Of a DNA stretch of 64,000 nucleotides, positions 1-11,682 are shown one piece after another. The DNA comes from Felis catus. Lineage: Eukaryota. Location of the stretch: contig NC_058368.1 of the NCBI RefSeq assembly GCF_018350175.1, positions 218,800,001 through 218,864,000 of the forward strand, given 5' to 3'. Both the position numbers and the translations under genes were made by a program. The first letter of the stretch is position 1, and every line of letters begins with the position of its first letter. The notes beneath the pieces are model-generated. The model worked only from the letters and a program-made list of their open reading frames with translations, searched no databases and had not been told where the DNA came from.

Positions 1-292
1 AGCAAATTATACTGGTAAAAATACACAGGAAATCTCTGCAGAAATCTACAATTATAATAACCCAATGGAAATTTTAGAGCCAGAAAACTATAATATCTGA
101 AATTGAAAAAGAAAAACTGTTTGAACAAAAGACTGCTTGAAAGAATGGAAGGGAAAGAAGAATCAGTCAACTACAGTTAAAGCAAGAGAAATTATCTATT
201 TTGAGGAAGAGTAAAAAAAAAAAAAGTTTTCAAAAGCAAAGTTGAACAGAGCCCTCAGGAAAATAGCAAATAGTCAAAAATGTTTGAAATCA

Positions 293-511
293 GAGGTGCC
301 TGGGTGGCTCAGTCAGTTGAGCGACCAACTGTGGCTCAGGCCATGATCTCACGGTTTGTGAGTTCAAGCCCCGCATCAGGCTCTGTGCTGACAGCGCAGA
401 GCCTGGAGCCTGCTTCCCATTCTGTGTCTCCCTCTCTCTCTGCCCCTCCCCCACTCATGCTCTGTCTCTCTATGCCTCAGAAATAAATAAACATTTAAAA
501 TTTTTTTAAAA
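293..511 (+). mobile_element. Can-SINE (felid SINEC)
   Basis: tRNA-like head gtgcctgggtggctcagtcagttgagcg, B-box gttcaagcc, CT-rich tract, A-tail. TSD aaaaatgtttgaaatca at 276-292 and 512-528. Confidence 0.97.
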
Positions 512-650
512 AAAAATGTTTGAAATCAGAGTTTCAGGAGGGAGAAAATGAAATAAAAAAAAGGAAGAAGGAAAGAAATGATGCTTGATATTTTCTCCAA
601 TTTGGTAAACAGCTTAAATTTATGGGTTCATAACACAGAGAGCCCTGAAT

Positions 651-652
<2 letters not shown>

Positions 653-689
<37 letters not shown>
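653..689. repeat. (CA)n microsatellite
   Basis: Perfect AC dinucleotide run. Confidence 0.98.
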
Positions 690-693
<4 letters not shown>

Positions 694-1038
694 TTATCAT
701 AGTCTATTTGCTTAAAAATGATAAAGATAACATCTTTAAAGTATATGAAGGGAGGGAGAACATATTGCAATGAGTGACAATTTAAAAACACTATTGACTA
801 TTGACTTACCAGAAAAGATGAGCTTCAGAATACAATATCTTAAAGTGCAAGGTAAAATATAAATAGAGAGTTCTTATCGGTGAACATATACTTCATGAAT
901 GGTCAATAAAAACATTTGTAGTTTAAAAATAAGATTTATTTTTTGTTTGAATGTCTTCACTAAAACAATTGTTATAGCATGTTTTTCCATCTAGAGGGAA
1001 ATTACTTAGAAAGCTTTTAAAATTTTACATATTTTCTT

Positions 1039-1265
1039 GGGGCGCCCGAGGTGGCTCAGTTGGTTGAGCATCCGACTTCAGCTCAGGTCATGATCTCACG
1101 GTTCATGAGTTCTAGCCCCACATCAGGCTCTGTGCTGAAGGCTCAGAGCCTGGAGCCTGCTTCGGATTCTGTGTCTCCCTCTCTCTCTCTGCCCCTCCCC
1201 CACTCATATTCTGGCTTTCTCTCTCTCTCAAAAATAAATAAACATTTAAAAAAGTTTTAAAAAAT
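1039..1265 (+). mobile_element. Can-SINE
   Basis: ggggcgcc head and AATAAA tail. TSD aaaatttt(a/c)catattttct at 1019-1037 and 1266-1284. Confidence 0.97.
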
Positions 1266-1429
1266 AAAATTTTCCATATTTTCTCTCTACTATTTATTTA
1301 TAATTATTTATTTATGTAGTATATATTTTGAATCTTGAATGAATGGAATCAACAGTTTAAAAAAATTGTGGCCTAGTACATGGAAAAACTTCAAACTCTT
1401 CCAGGTTTTTTTAAAAATTATTATGTTTT

Positions 1430-1614
1430 GGGATGCCTGGATGTCACAGTCTGTTGAGCTTCAGGCCTGCTTTTGGATCATTATCTCATGGTTCTTGAGT
1501 TTGAGCCCCACATCAGGCTCACTCCTGTCAGCATAGAGCCTGCCTGCCATCATCTGTCCCCTTTCTGACCCTCCCCCTGTTCACACACTCTCTGTCAAAA
1601 ATAAACTTTTAAAT
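1430..1614 (+). mobile_element. Older, diverged Can-SINE
   Basis: gggatgcctggatgtcacagtc head. TSD aattattatgtttt at 1416-1429 and 1615-1628. Confidence 0.92.
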
Positions 1615-1628
1615 AATTATTATGTTTT

Positions 1629-4500
1629 AGATAATTATAGATTTATATGAAGTTATAAGAAATAACATAGAAATATTTTATGGCTATTTGCCCAGGTCCC
1701 CCAATAGCAACATATTGCAAAACCCAATACAATATCAAAATCATGTTCCTGACATTGTTAAAGAGTGTTTCCATTACTACAAGGAAACCTCATGTTGTCT
1801 TATAGATATATTCACTTCACTTTTCCATACTCTTTCAGTCCTTTACCATGGCAACCACTAATCTGTTCTCCATTTCAAAATGTTATGTAAATAGGATTAC
1901 ACAGAATAAAATCTTTTGGGATTGACTTTTTTTTTCTTTTACTCTCTATGATTCTCTAGAAAACAATTCAAGTAGTTGTATTTCAACAGTACCTTTAGTA
2001 TATCCATTTTTTATTGATGAATTGTATTCCATGGTACGGATGCATTACAGTTTGGTTAACCATTCGCCTTTTGAAAGGCATCTGGATTTTTTCCACTTAA
2101 TGATGCCATTAAGAATAAAACTGCCATGAACATTTATGTACATATTCTGTTTTGTTTTATTTGTTTTTATGAATGCTCACTTTCATTTTTCTGAGATAAA
2201 TGCTCAAGAGTAGAATTGCTGAGTGCATAGTTGCATAGTTAGTTTTATTTAAGGAACTTTACGCTGTTTCTCCAAGTGGTTGTACATTACATTCCTACCA
2301 GTCACATATGGGGGATCTACCTTCTCTGCATTGTCACCAGAATTTGAGTTGTTATTCTTATTTTTTTTTTTACTTCAGCCATTCTGATAGATGTATAGTG
2401 ATGTGACCTATGAATTTAATGTATATCTCTCTGATGGCTAATGATATGAACATATTTCCATGTCCCCTTTTTTCCATATGTATACATTCTTCAGTGAAAT
2501 AACTATCCGTGTCTAATGCTACTGGGATAAACACTGGGTGTTGTATGTAAGCGATGAACCTTGGGAAACTAACCCCAAAACCAAGGGCACACGTTACACA
2601 CTGTATGTTAGCCAACTTGACAATAAATTATATTAAAAAATAATGCTACTTTCAAGTTGATTTTTTTAATAGTCAATATTTGAGAATACTTTATATATTC
2701 TAGGCAATAGTCCTTTATAGAATAGGTCATTTACAGATATTTTCTCCCAGTCTGTAACTTGTCTTTTCATCCAGTTAGAAGTGTTTTCTCGGAACTGATT
2801 TTTCTTTTTGTAGATTATGCTTTTGTTGTCAAATATAGTAATTCTTTGCTTAGCCCTATCTCCTGAATATTTCCTTCTTTATTTCTTCAAAACTTTTACA
2901 GTTTACCTTTGTATATTTAAACTTGTGATTCAATTTGAATGATTTTTTTTTTTACAAGGTATGAGGTTTCTTTCTTACTTTTTTTTCTTTTTCTTTTTCT
3001 TTGCCTGTGGATATCCAGTGATTCTAATTTGCTAAAAAATCTGTTTTGCTTTTGTCAAATTGGTTTTGCATCTATGACAAAAACCGATCTGTTATGTTTG
3101 TCTCGGTGTGTATCTGGTTACTCTGTTCTTTTTCATGGATCTACTTCTGTTCCTCTACCAATGCTACAATTGTTTATTATAGCTATATATTAATTTGAAA
3201 GCAAGTAGACTGAGTTCTTCCACTTTATCTTCTATTTCAAAATCATTGTATATATAAATGAATTCCTTTCCTTTTCTACATCGATTTTAGAATAATCTTG
3301 TCTGTGTCTACAAAAATCATCCAGGCATTTTGACAAGAATTACACTAAATCTGTATCTAATTTGGGAGATAAATTATAATTTAACTATATTGAATTTTCC
3401 AACCTATTGACATGGTGTATTTCTCCATTTATTTATACCTTCTTTTACTTTTTAAATTAACACCCTTTATGTATTTTGCCATGTTTACAAGGAAATATTT
3501 CATTTTTTAGCAGTTTGAAATGGTATTGCATTTTTAATTTTGATGTCAATGTATTCATCGCTAGTATATAGAATGTAGTTGATTTTTGTACGCAAATCAT
3601 GTGATGTTAGTGTACTCATTTATTAATTCTAGGAGATTAGATGCTTTGGATTATTTTGGAGACAAACATATAATCTGCAAGTAGTGACTCTTATATTTAG
3701 TTCTTTCCAACCTGTACACCCATTATGTGTTTTTGTCACTATGCTGTACTGGCTAGAACTTCCAGTACTATGACGACTAAGAGAAGATAGAGATGGCGTC
3801 TTGGCCTTGATCCTAATTTTAGGGGAGAAAAGTGTTTTCCTAATAATTATAATGTTAGCTTTATAATAACTATAATGTTAGTTTTTTATAGATGCTCTTT
3901 GCCAAATTAAGGATTTTTCCCTCTATCCTTATTCTTATTTGTTACAAGGTTTTTGTTTGTTTGTTTATCTTGTATGAGCACTGAATTTTATTGAAAGCTT
4001 TTTTTTTTTTTTTTTTTTGGTGATGAGGGCAAATCATTTAATATGATTGTGTGATTTTCTTTTTTAGCCTGTTTGGTCAAATGGTTCCTAGCTGGTCAAC
4101 TTTTTTTCTCTCCACTTTTCAGAGTTTTGTTGACTAATATATAATGTCCAGAAGTTTATCTGAACATAGAAGGAGAAAAGGGGAAAAGTAAATCTACTGC
4201 ATCTTCCTTGAAGTGGAAATAATGTGTTTTTGAAAAACATGAATCCTTGTACATTTTGTGGTATTGACTTATAGTTATCCAAAGGTATATTTCATATTTA
4301 AGTTATATATTCTTCTTAGTAATATTTTTTTTTGCTTTGTATGTATTATAGACTTTGTTACTAAGTGCATACAATTGTAGTCACAATTTTCTAGGGAATT
4401 GTAACTTTTATTATCAAATAATAATCTTTATTTTCTAATAAAAAATTAACCTGTTATTCTGATAATACTATAGTCTAAAGGCGTTTCTCTTATCTTAGTG
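1629..4500 (-). mobile_element. Ancient L1 (L1MC-like) 3'UTR plus ORF2 fossil, antisense
   Basis: T-rich antisense L1 motifs (ggcaaccactaatctgttctccattt; ttttctcccagtctgtaacttgtcttttcat; ggctagaacttccagtac). Decayed, no ORF. Confidence 0.8.
2524..2640 (+). mobile_element. Very short 5'-truncated carnivore L1 3' end nested in the older L1
   Basis: gggataaacactgggtgttgtatgtaagcgatgaa...cttgacaataaattatattaaaaaa. Perfect TSD taatgctact at 2514-2523 and 2641-2650. Confidence 0.92.
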
Positions 4501-4825
4501 TTCCCTTGACACATTTCCTTTTATTGAAGTTAAATTTTCTTTGAATTTATGGAAGATGTGAAGGTTTAAGCTCACGTTGTTAAGTTATAAATTAGTGTTG
4601 TAATATAATCAAGCTATTTTTACCCTGAAACTCCTCAATATCATGTTCCTAGGTCTCTTATCAAGATTATGAAGCCTAGATCCCTGTTCTGTATCAAATG
4701 ATCTAATGAGGAATAGGAAAGCCATATAAATTCTTTTCATTCTTTCTCTGTAAATTTTATAGGAAGATACTATTCCAGGGCTCTTCTGCTTGCTGTTGAG
4801 TCTTTTTAAAAATTATTATTATTAA

Positions 4826-5040
4826 GGGGCGCCTGGGTGGCGCAGTCGGTTAAGCGTCCGACTTCAGCCAGGTCACGATCTCGTGGTCTGTGAGTTCGAG
4901 CCCCGCGTCAGGCTCTGGGCTGATGGCTCAGAGCCTGGAGCTTGTTTCCGATTCTGTGTCTCCCTCTCTCTCTGCCCCTCCCCCGTTCATGCTCTGTCTC
5001 TCTCTGTCCCAAAAATAAATAAATGTTGAAAAAAAATTAA
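4826..5040 (+). mobile_element. Young felid SINE (SINEC_Fc type)
   Basis: ggggcgcctgggtggcgcagtcggttaagcgtccgacttcagccaggtcacgatc with many CpGs retained; tail gtcccaaaaataaataaatgttg. Confidence 0.98.
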
Positions 5041-5050
5041 AAAAATTATT

Positions 5051-5138
5051 TTTATTTTATTTTATTTTATTTTATTTTATTTTATTTTATTTTATTTTAT
5101 TTTATTTTATTTTATTTATTTTATTTTATTTTATTTTA
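5051..5138. repeat. (TTTTA)n microsatellite derived from a SINE A-tail
   Basis: Pentanucleotide run adjoining the antisense SINE body. Confidence 0.95.
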
Positions 5139-5301
5139 GAGACAGAGAGTGCAGGAAGGGGGGAAGGGCAGAGGGAGAGAGAGAGAATCTTAAGCAGGAT
5201 CCATGAAAGAAACTTGGGGCTTGATCTCATGACTCTGGCATCATGACCTGAGTCAAAATCAAGAGTCAGATGCTCAACCAATTGAGCCACCCTGATACCC
5301 C
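5138..5301 (-). mobile_element. Older Can-SINE, antisense; its tail extends back to ~4807
   Basis: agagacagagag...gaatcttaagcagg...catgacctgagtcaaaatcaagagtcagatgctcaacc...gagccacc. Flanked by ttgagtctttt at ~4796 and ~5306. Confidence 0.9.
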
Positions 5302-5739
5302 ACCATTGAGTCTTTTGCCTTTATTTGCTCAACAATGCAAAATTAAAACATACTTTTGATAAGCATAGGAAAAAAATAAGATTTTAGTCTTCCAGATATC
5401 AAGCTCTATTGAAAGTCACAAAAATATAAACTTTGTGGAATTAACAGAGAAACAGAACAAACATCAAATTTGTTTTGAGATCAATTGCAGAATGCCTGTA
5501 TAAATTAGTAATTGTATAGATTAGAAGAATATAAGGTAATGATTGTAATTTAGTCAAAGCAATCATTGAGGAACTTTTTAAAAGTAAAAATTAATAATAT
5601 AAATATAAATTTTATATAGAAATTCAACTTGAGAATAAAAATATTATCTTTGTTAAAGATTGGATACAGAAAAAATTATTTATCAATATTAAAGTTTGGT
5701 ATGGTGAGAGTTTTGGCATTGTTTGGTTGATTAACATGA

Positions 5740-6073
5740 TACTATGTTCTGATTGTTTGAGCTCCCTTCCCCCCAACTAATATATTGAAATCCTGATGCC
5801 CTAACTAAATGGTATTAGTAGGTGAGGCCTTCTAAGGTTCTTAAATCACAAAGATGGAACCCTTATAAATGGGGGCTTCAGAGAAATCCCTAATCCATTC
5901 AACCATGTGAAGACCCAAAATGCTGTATAACAGAAGACAAACCTATTCCACCATGCTGGCACCCCAATTTCAGATTACCAGCCTCCAGAACTATGAGCAA
6001 TAAATTTCAGTTGTTTATTAGAAGCTGCCCATTCTATGGCATTTTTTAATTGCAGCCTGAATGAACTAATGTT
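5740..6073 (+). mobile_element. MaLR solo LTR (MLT1A-like)
   Basis: tactatg start; ccatgctggcacc...ccagcctccagaactatgagcaataaatt; 5-bp flanks catga/caaga (1 mismatch). Confidence 0.85.
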
Positions 6074-6102
6074 CAAGATTGCTTTAAGAATAGTCCACTT
6101 TT

Positions 6103-6338
6103 GGGGCACCTGGGTGGCGCAGTTGGTTAAGCATCCGACTTCAGCCAGGTCACGATCTCGCTGGTCTGTGAGTTCGAGCCCCGCGTCAGGCTCTGGGCTG
6201 ATGGCTCTGGGCTGATGGCTCAGAGCCTGGAACCTGTTTCCGATTCTGTGTCTCCCTCTCTCTCTGCCCCTCCCCCGTTCATGCTCTGTCTCTCTCTGTC
6301 CCAAAAATAAATAAAAACGTTGAAAAAAAATTTAAAAA
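6103..6338 (+). mobile_element. Young felid SINE (SINEC_Fc type) with an internal 14-bp duplication
   Basis: Full head, body and tail. TSD aagaatagt(c/a)cactttt at 6086-6102 and 6339-6355. Confidence 0.98.
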
Positions 6339-6613
6339 AAGAATAGTACACTTTTGACTTTTAGTTGAGAGAAGTCTTTGCATTTAAATGAACATGGTGG
6401 TGTATTTATTCCAAAGTGCAAATTCTGTGATTGTGAAAATTTCTTTCTACCATTCTCCTGCTTGATTATTACAGATGATTTAAGTGATTTATATTCTTTC
6501 CATTTTTACTATACCATCATCATAAAAGAAAAGCATTTAAATTTCTATGGTGAAAATAGATGAGAGCTGGTAATTGTTAGGTTTATTTGAAGGTATATAA
6601 GAACAATATTACA

Positions 6614-6806
6614 GGGGTCCCTGGGTCGCTCAGTTGGTTAAATGTCCCAACTCTTGATTTTGGTTCAGGTCACGATCTCCTGATTTGTGAGATCAAGCCC
6701 CGCTGCACTGACAGCACGGAGCCTCCTTGGGATTCTCTCGCTCACTCTCTCCACCCCTCCCCTGCTTGTGCTCTCTTTCTCAAAGTAAGTAAACATTTTT
6801 TTTAAG
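6614..6806 (+). mobile_element. Older Can-SINE
   Basis: ggggtccctgggtcgctcagttggttaa head. TSD aagaacaat(a/g)tta at 6599-6611 and 6807-6819. Confidence 0.93.
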
Positions 6807-7211
6807 AAGAACAATGTTATAGAAAATTTAGAATTCAACCAAAAAAATGCCAATGAATTTTTACATAGAATTCCTATCTCAATAACAATTTCTTCTTTGC
6901 ATTCTATATTTACAGAGCAAATAATTTCCCTGTGAAGAAAATTATTTCAAAATACACAATCAAATAATTTGTGGCCAATAACTATAAATACCCATGTGCT
7001 TTCCCCTTCTTTGTGTGCAAGTTTGATTTTTAATATTTGAACATATCCAAAATTTGAAAGGTTCAGTAACTAGAAGTTTCCTAATTGTTTCTATTATATC
7101 AATATACATGTATAAAAGCATGATGGCTCATTTTGGTTGACAGTTTGACCACTATCAGATATGATGTCTTAAAATTCTGTAGTATAAGAAGTAATGAAAT
7201 GACCTCAGCTG

Positions 7212-7212
<1 letters not shown>

Positions 7213-7242
<30 letters not shown>
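7213..7242. repeat. (TG)15 microsatellite
   Basis: Perfect TG run. Confidence 0.98.
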
Positions 7243-7243
<1 letters not shown>

Positions 7244-9605
7244 ACGCACACGCATGTGATTTTGCTCTATATTTTATAAATGATATTATGTTTTGTGTTC
7301 AGTGTAACTAATGCTCCTATTCTGTATGAGTCTTCTGACTTCAATATGCATAGCTTCTTATCAATAATAGGCAGTTAGCTTACTTCCTAAGGTTGAAGAG
7401 TTTACTAACATTGTAATGGATAAGTAGAGCTCTAGTTTTATCTACTGTACTCACAAAACCAGAGAGCCGTGCCTAATAGCCATGAGATATTTTCTTTTAT
7501 TTCTTCAGATGTAGATACCAAGATTAAAGTTGATGTCTCTAAAAACGGTGAATAACAGCAACAAATTCTCTTTGATATATATCTGCTAGAAATTCAATAT
7601 CTATGATTTTAGTATTCTAAGAAGAATTCAGACTTTTCAAGCGTCTAACAGCTAAATTCCTGTGAGATACTACTTTTTTTCCCACTTATTAAATGGAATA
7701 TGTAAACTTCTAAAAATTTCAACTGATAGCAGGTATTTGATTGTAAAGCCAGGAGAGACAATGTCAAATTTTCTCAGAGTTAACAGCTCTATTTTTGTGA
7801 AATATTAATCATAAAAGGATTTAGGAAATCCACCCCATTCTTCTTTATTTTATTTAACCTCTTGGATGTATAACTAAGTCTGGAGATTCAGAGCATAGGA
7901 AGAATATACGTTTTACCACAGATTTCTAAACTGGCATGAAAGTTATATAATTCGATCCAAATGCTCTTTTTAAATAATAGTTCTTGAAAATAATTAGGAA
8001 GAATACCTTTAATAAATAAATGCTAATGACATATTTTAAATAATATCTGTAATTATTAGGTATCTATATTTCATTTTTTCATTATTTTAATAAAAAATAT
8101 TTCTTTTATGGTACAGCATCTTCATGAGAAAAGTGAGAAAGGTACAAAGTGGGTAATTTTATCAGGTCTGTTTTCTGTGAGAAGATTAATATATGTAGGT
8201 TTTTGGAGAAGGAGCTCAATTGCCTGAAGATTTATGAGGCACAGAGCAATATAAGTGGGTCTCTGAAGACCCACAAATAATAATACATACATAAATCCAG
8301 ATTCTGACATTCTAGTGGGTCTTTAAAAAAAAAAACTCTGGAAAGAAGTCAGAAAATTTAATAGCACAACTCTATCTTTAAACTATTTGAAATCCACAAT
8401 AATATTTTATTCTTATGGATTATTTTATCACAACAATGGTGTGAAAATAAATCTGGACAATATTCACTATGGGAAATATAGAAAGCATTTTTAAACCTCA
8501 GTTCTATTTTCCTCATAAATCTCCCTTTAAATCACCATACTGCCTATTCTGAATCCATTTGTAGCAAAAAGGAAGTTCTAAATGGTTTTAATTTTTAATA
8601 AACTAACTTCTTTTTACAGGTCTCAAGGGCAGCTAATGAGTTTAATGACCTCCCTGAACAATTTAGATTATAAAAATATTCTGAGACACTTGCATCAAAT
8701 GAACATAGTACCTCTTTATTTAAATGCTTACAGATTGGTGACATTTTGAAGTAAAAAGTAATTATTTAGGGTATCCCTATTTTGTGTCAATGACATTTTA
8801 CATTATTAGGTGTGTGCCAACACATAACTCCAAAACCTACATTTGAAAATGCAATAAATAATGACAATAACACTATTCTTATACTGTGTTCTTTCTTCTA
8901 CCTGACCACCCTCTACTCCTCCCATTTCTGTTGCTGCTAATATAGCAACAACTGTTGTAACAGTAGTTCAGCCACATTTCCTATGACACAGTGCTTAACA
9001 CAAAAAAACATTTTTACAGAATTCCATTTAATGCGCACTACTTAAATGTCAAATTATTGTAATTTACAACTCTTTTAATGTATAATAAAAAGTAAAATTT
9101 TAATGGTATTTTCAAAATTATTTATGTAATGTACTGTCTAGGTAGAACTTCCACATAGAACATACATCACATCTGGTCCCTGTGCCAATAATAACAAAAT
9201 AGTTGCCTAGTGTTCCTAGGAGTGAAACCATTGTTTTAGCTCATAAAGGAAAGTAGCATATTGGAATTGTGACCCTATGGTATAGAAGTGTAAGACATCT
9301 CCATTTTCTCATCTATAACGATGTTCAATAAGAGATGAGATTAAAGTCCCTTGTGAAGTGTAGACACTGAACATTTTAAAGTTAGATGCAGTCAATGAAA
9401 GCATTTAGAACATGTAATTAATATAATACTATATTGCTCTGTTTTTATAGTAATACTAGTTATTTTGAGTAAATTATATAAAAGATACCTGTTGCATCTG
9501 ATAGAGTCCCTTTAGAACTTTAAATTGTGATAATGTGATTCCATTATTCTATAGTATATGACCTCAAATTTGTAATGAAATATTAAAATAACTTAAAATC
9601 ATTTT

Positions 9606-9818
9606 TTTTCAACGTTTATTTTTTTTTTTTTTTGGGACAGAGACAGACAGAGCATGAACGGGGGAGGGGCAGAGAGAGAGGGAGACACAGAATCGGAAAC
9701 AGGCTCCAGGCTCTGAGCCATCAGCCCAGAGCCTGATGCGGGGCTCGAACTCACGGACCGTGAGATCGTGACCTGGTTGAAGTCGGACGCTTAACCGACT
9801 GCACCACCCAGGCGCCCC
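9606..9818 (-). mobile_element. Young felid SINE (SINEC_Fc type), antisense
   Basis: caacgtttattt...gggacagagacag...ccaggcgcccc; flanked by taaaatcatttt at 9594 and 9824. Confidence 0.98.
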
Positions 9819-9879
9819 TAAAGTAAAATCATTTTATCTTTCTGGAGAAAAAAAGTAATTTCTTGGTGTTGGGTTTGAT

Positions 9880-10319
9880 AATAGATGTTTTTCGGAAGAT
9901 GTACAGATGGCTAGCAGACACATGAAAAGATGCTCAATATCACTCATTATTAGGGAAATACAAATCAAAACTACAATGAGATATCACCTCTTGCTAGTCA
10001 GAATGGCTAAAATTAACAACACAGGAAATAACAGGTGTTGGCAAGGATGTAGAGAAAAGAGAATGCTCTTACACTATTGGTGGGAGTGCAAACTGGTGCA
10101 GCCACTCTGGAAAAGAGTGTGGAAGTTCCTCAAAAAGTTAAAAGTAGAACTACCCTACCATCCAGCAATTGCATTACTAGGTATTTACCCAAATGGTACA
10201 AAAATATTGATGAGACTGGATACATTCACCCTGATGTTTATACCAGCATTGTCAACAATAGCCAAATTATGGAAAGAGCCCAGCTGTCCACTGACTGATG
10301 ATTGTATGTAGAAGTAGTG

Positions 10320-10375
<56 letters not shown>

Positions 10376-10725
10376 TACAGTGGAATATTACTCAACCATC
10401 AAAAATAATGAAATCTTGCCAGTTGCAACAACGTGGATGAGGCTAGAGTGTGTTATGCTAAGTGAAATACGTCAGCCGGTGAAAGACACATACCATATGA
10501 TTTCACTCATATATAGAATTTAAGAAACAAAACAGACGTACATTGGGGGAAAAGAGAGAGGAAAACCATAAAACATATTCTTAACTATAGACAACAAACT
10601 GAGGGCTATATGTAAGTGATGAATCACTGAACTCTATTCTTGAATCTAATATTATGCTATATGTTAACTAATGGGAATTTAAATACAAGCTAGAAACTAC
10701 ACAAAAAAAGAATTTGAAAATGGAA
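9880..10725 (+). mobile_element. 5'-truncated carnivore L1 (ORF2 C-terminus and 3'UTR)
   Basis: ORF 9907-10311 reads [11 protein letters not shown]...[12 protein letters not shown]...[15 protein letters not shown], the L1 ORF2 C-terminal domain. A (CA)n run at 10323-10369 interrupts it. Confidence 0.93.
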
Positions 10726-11102
10726 AAAGCATGATCTATTTTTTGTTTATCCAATAAATATATTTATTCATTCGTATTTTAAAAAAGGACTTTGGAATAG
10801 TGCATATTTATTTTCTCAATATATATGAAAACCTCTTCATTGGGATGTATAAATCTCAAAACAAACAAACAAATAAGCAGACTCTCTAAGTGTTTATAGT
10901 TTACCCTGGGAGAGAGTTGGAAAATACCTTACAGTTTCATTAGCTTTTCATGTTACTACATACAATTCAGAAAATTCCTGTCATGTTAAATCAGTCTTGT
11001 AGACAGATGCAAAAAGAGATCAAACCAATTTAAATTATTTCAGTCAATTTTATTTCACTGTTTATGTCATGGTAGAAAGCCTCTATTCCCTAATATGCTA
11101 AC

Positions 11103-11105
<3 letters not shown>

Positions 11106-11198
<93 letters not shown>

Positions 11199-11222
11199 CA
11201 CACACACACACACGTATATATA
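11106..11222. repeat. Compound (TA)n/(CA)n microsatellite
   Basis: Alternating TA and CA blocks next to a SINE tail. Confidence 0.97.
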
Positions 11223-11227
11223 TTTAA

Positions 11228-11434
11228 ATTTTTTAATGTTTATTTTTGACATAGAGACAGAGCATGACAGAATGGGGGAGGGGCAGAGAGAAAGGAAGAC
11301 ACAGAATCCAAAGCAGGCTTCAGGCTCTGAGCTGTCAGCACAGAGCCCAATGCTGGGCTTGAACTACCCAACCGTGAGATCATGTACTGAGCCGAAGTTG
11401 GACACTCAACTGACTGAGCCACCCAGCAGCCCCC
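11228..11434 (-). mobile_element. Can-SINE, antisense
   Basis: ttttttaatgtttatttttga...caggctctgagctgtcagcacagagcc...gagccacccagcagcccc. Confidence 0.95.
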
Positions 11435-11460
11435 ATATTTTACATGCTTTGTTATATAAA

Positions 11461-11682
11461 ATTTTTTTATATGTTTACTTATTTTTGAGAGAAAGAGAGA
11501 CACAGAGACAGAGAGTGTGAGTGGGGGAGGGGCAGAGAGAGAAGGAGACACAGAATCCAAAACAGGCTCCAGGCTCCAAGCTATCAGCACAGAGCCTGAT
11601 GTGGGGCTCAAACTCATGAGCTGTGAGATCATGACCTGAGCTGAAGTAGGAGGCTTAACCAACTGAGCCACCCAGGTGCCCT
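11461..11682 (-). mobile_element. Can-SINE, antisense, in tandem with the previous copy
   Basis: Full body ending cacccaggtgccc. Degenerate TSD tgctttgttatataaa / tgctttagtatttaaa. Confidence 0.95.

Larger units (their letters stand above)
1..1015 (+). mobile_element. Highly decayed ancient L1 (L1M-type) ORF1-region fragment, interrupted by a SINE and a (CA)n repeat
   Basis: A-rich sense strand with L1M ORF1-like motifs (atggaaattttagag...gaagaatcagtcaact...acatctttaaag). No open frame; boundaries approximate. Confidence 0.55.

Noticed and set aside
8611..8750. Acceptor-like tttttacag followed by a short open frame
   Set aside because: No convincing donor, two frames stop early, and the peptide is unrecognised.
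11067..11520. ORFs with YI/TH/CV dipeptide repeats (also at 534, 10185, 10302, 25450, 25854, 50728)
   Set aside because: Translations of (TA)n and (CA)n microsatellites.
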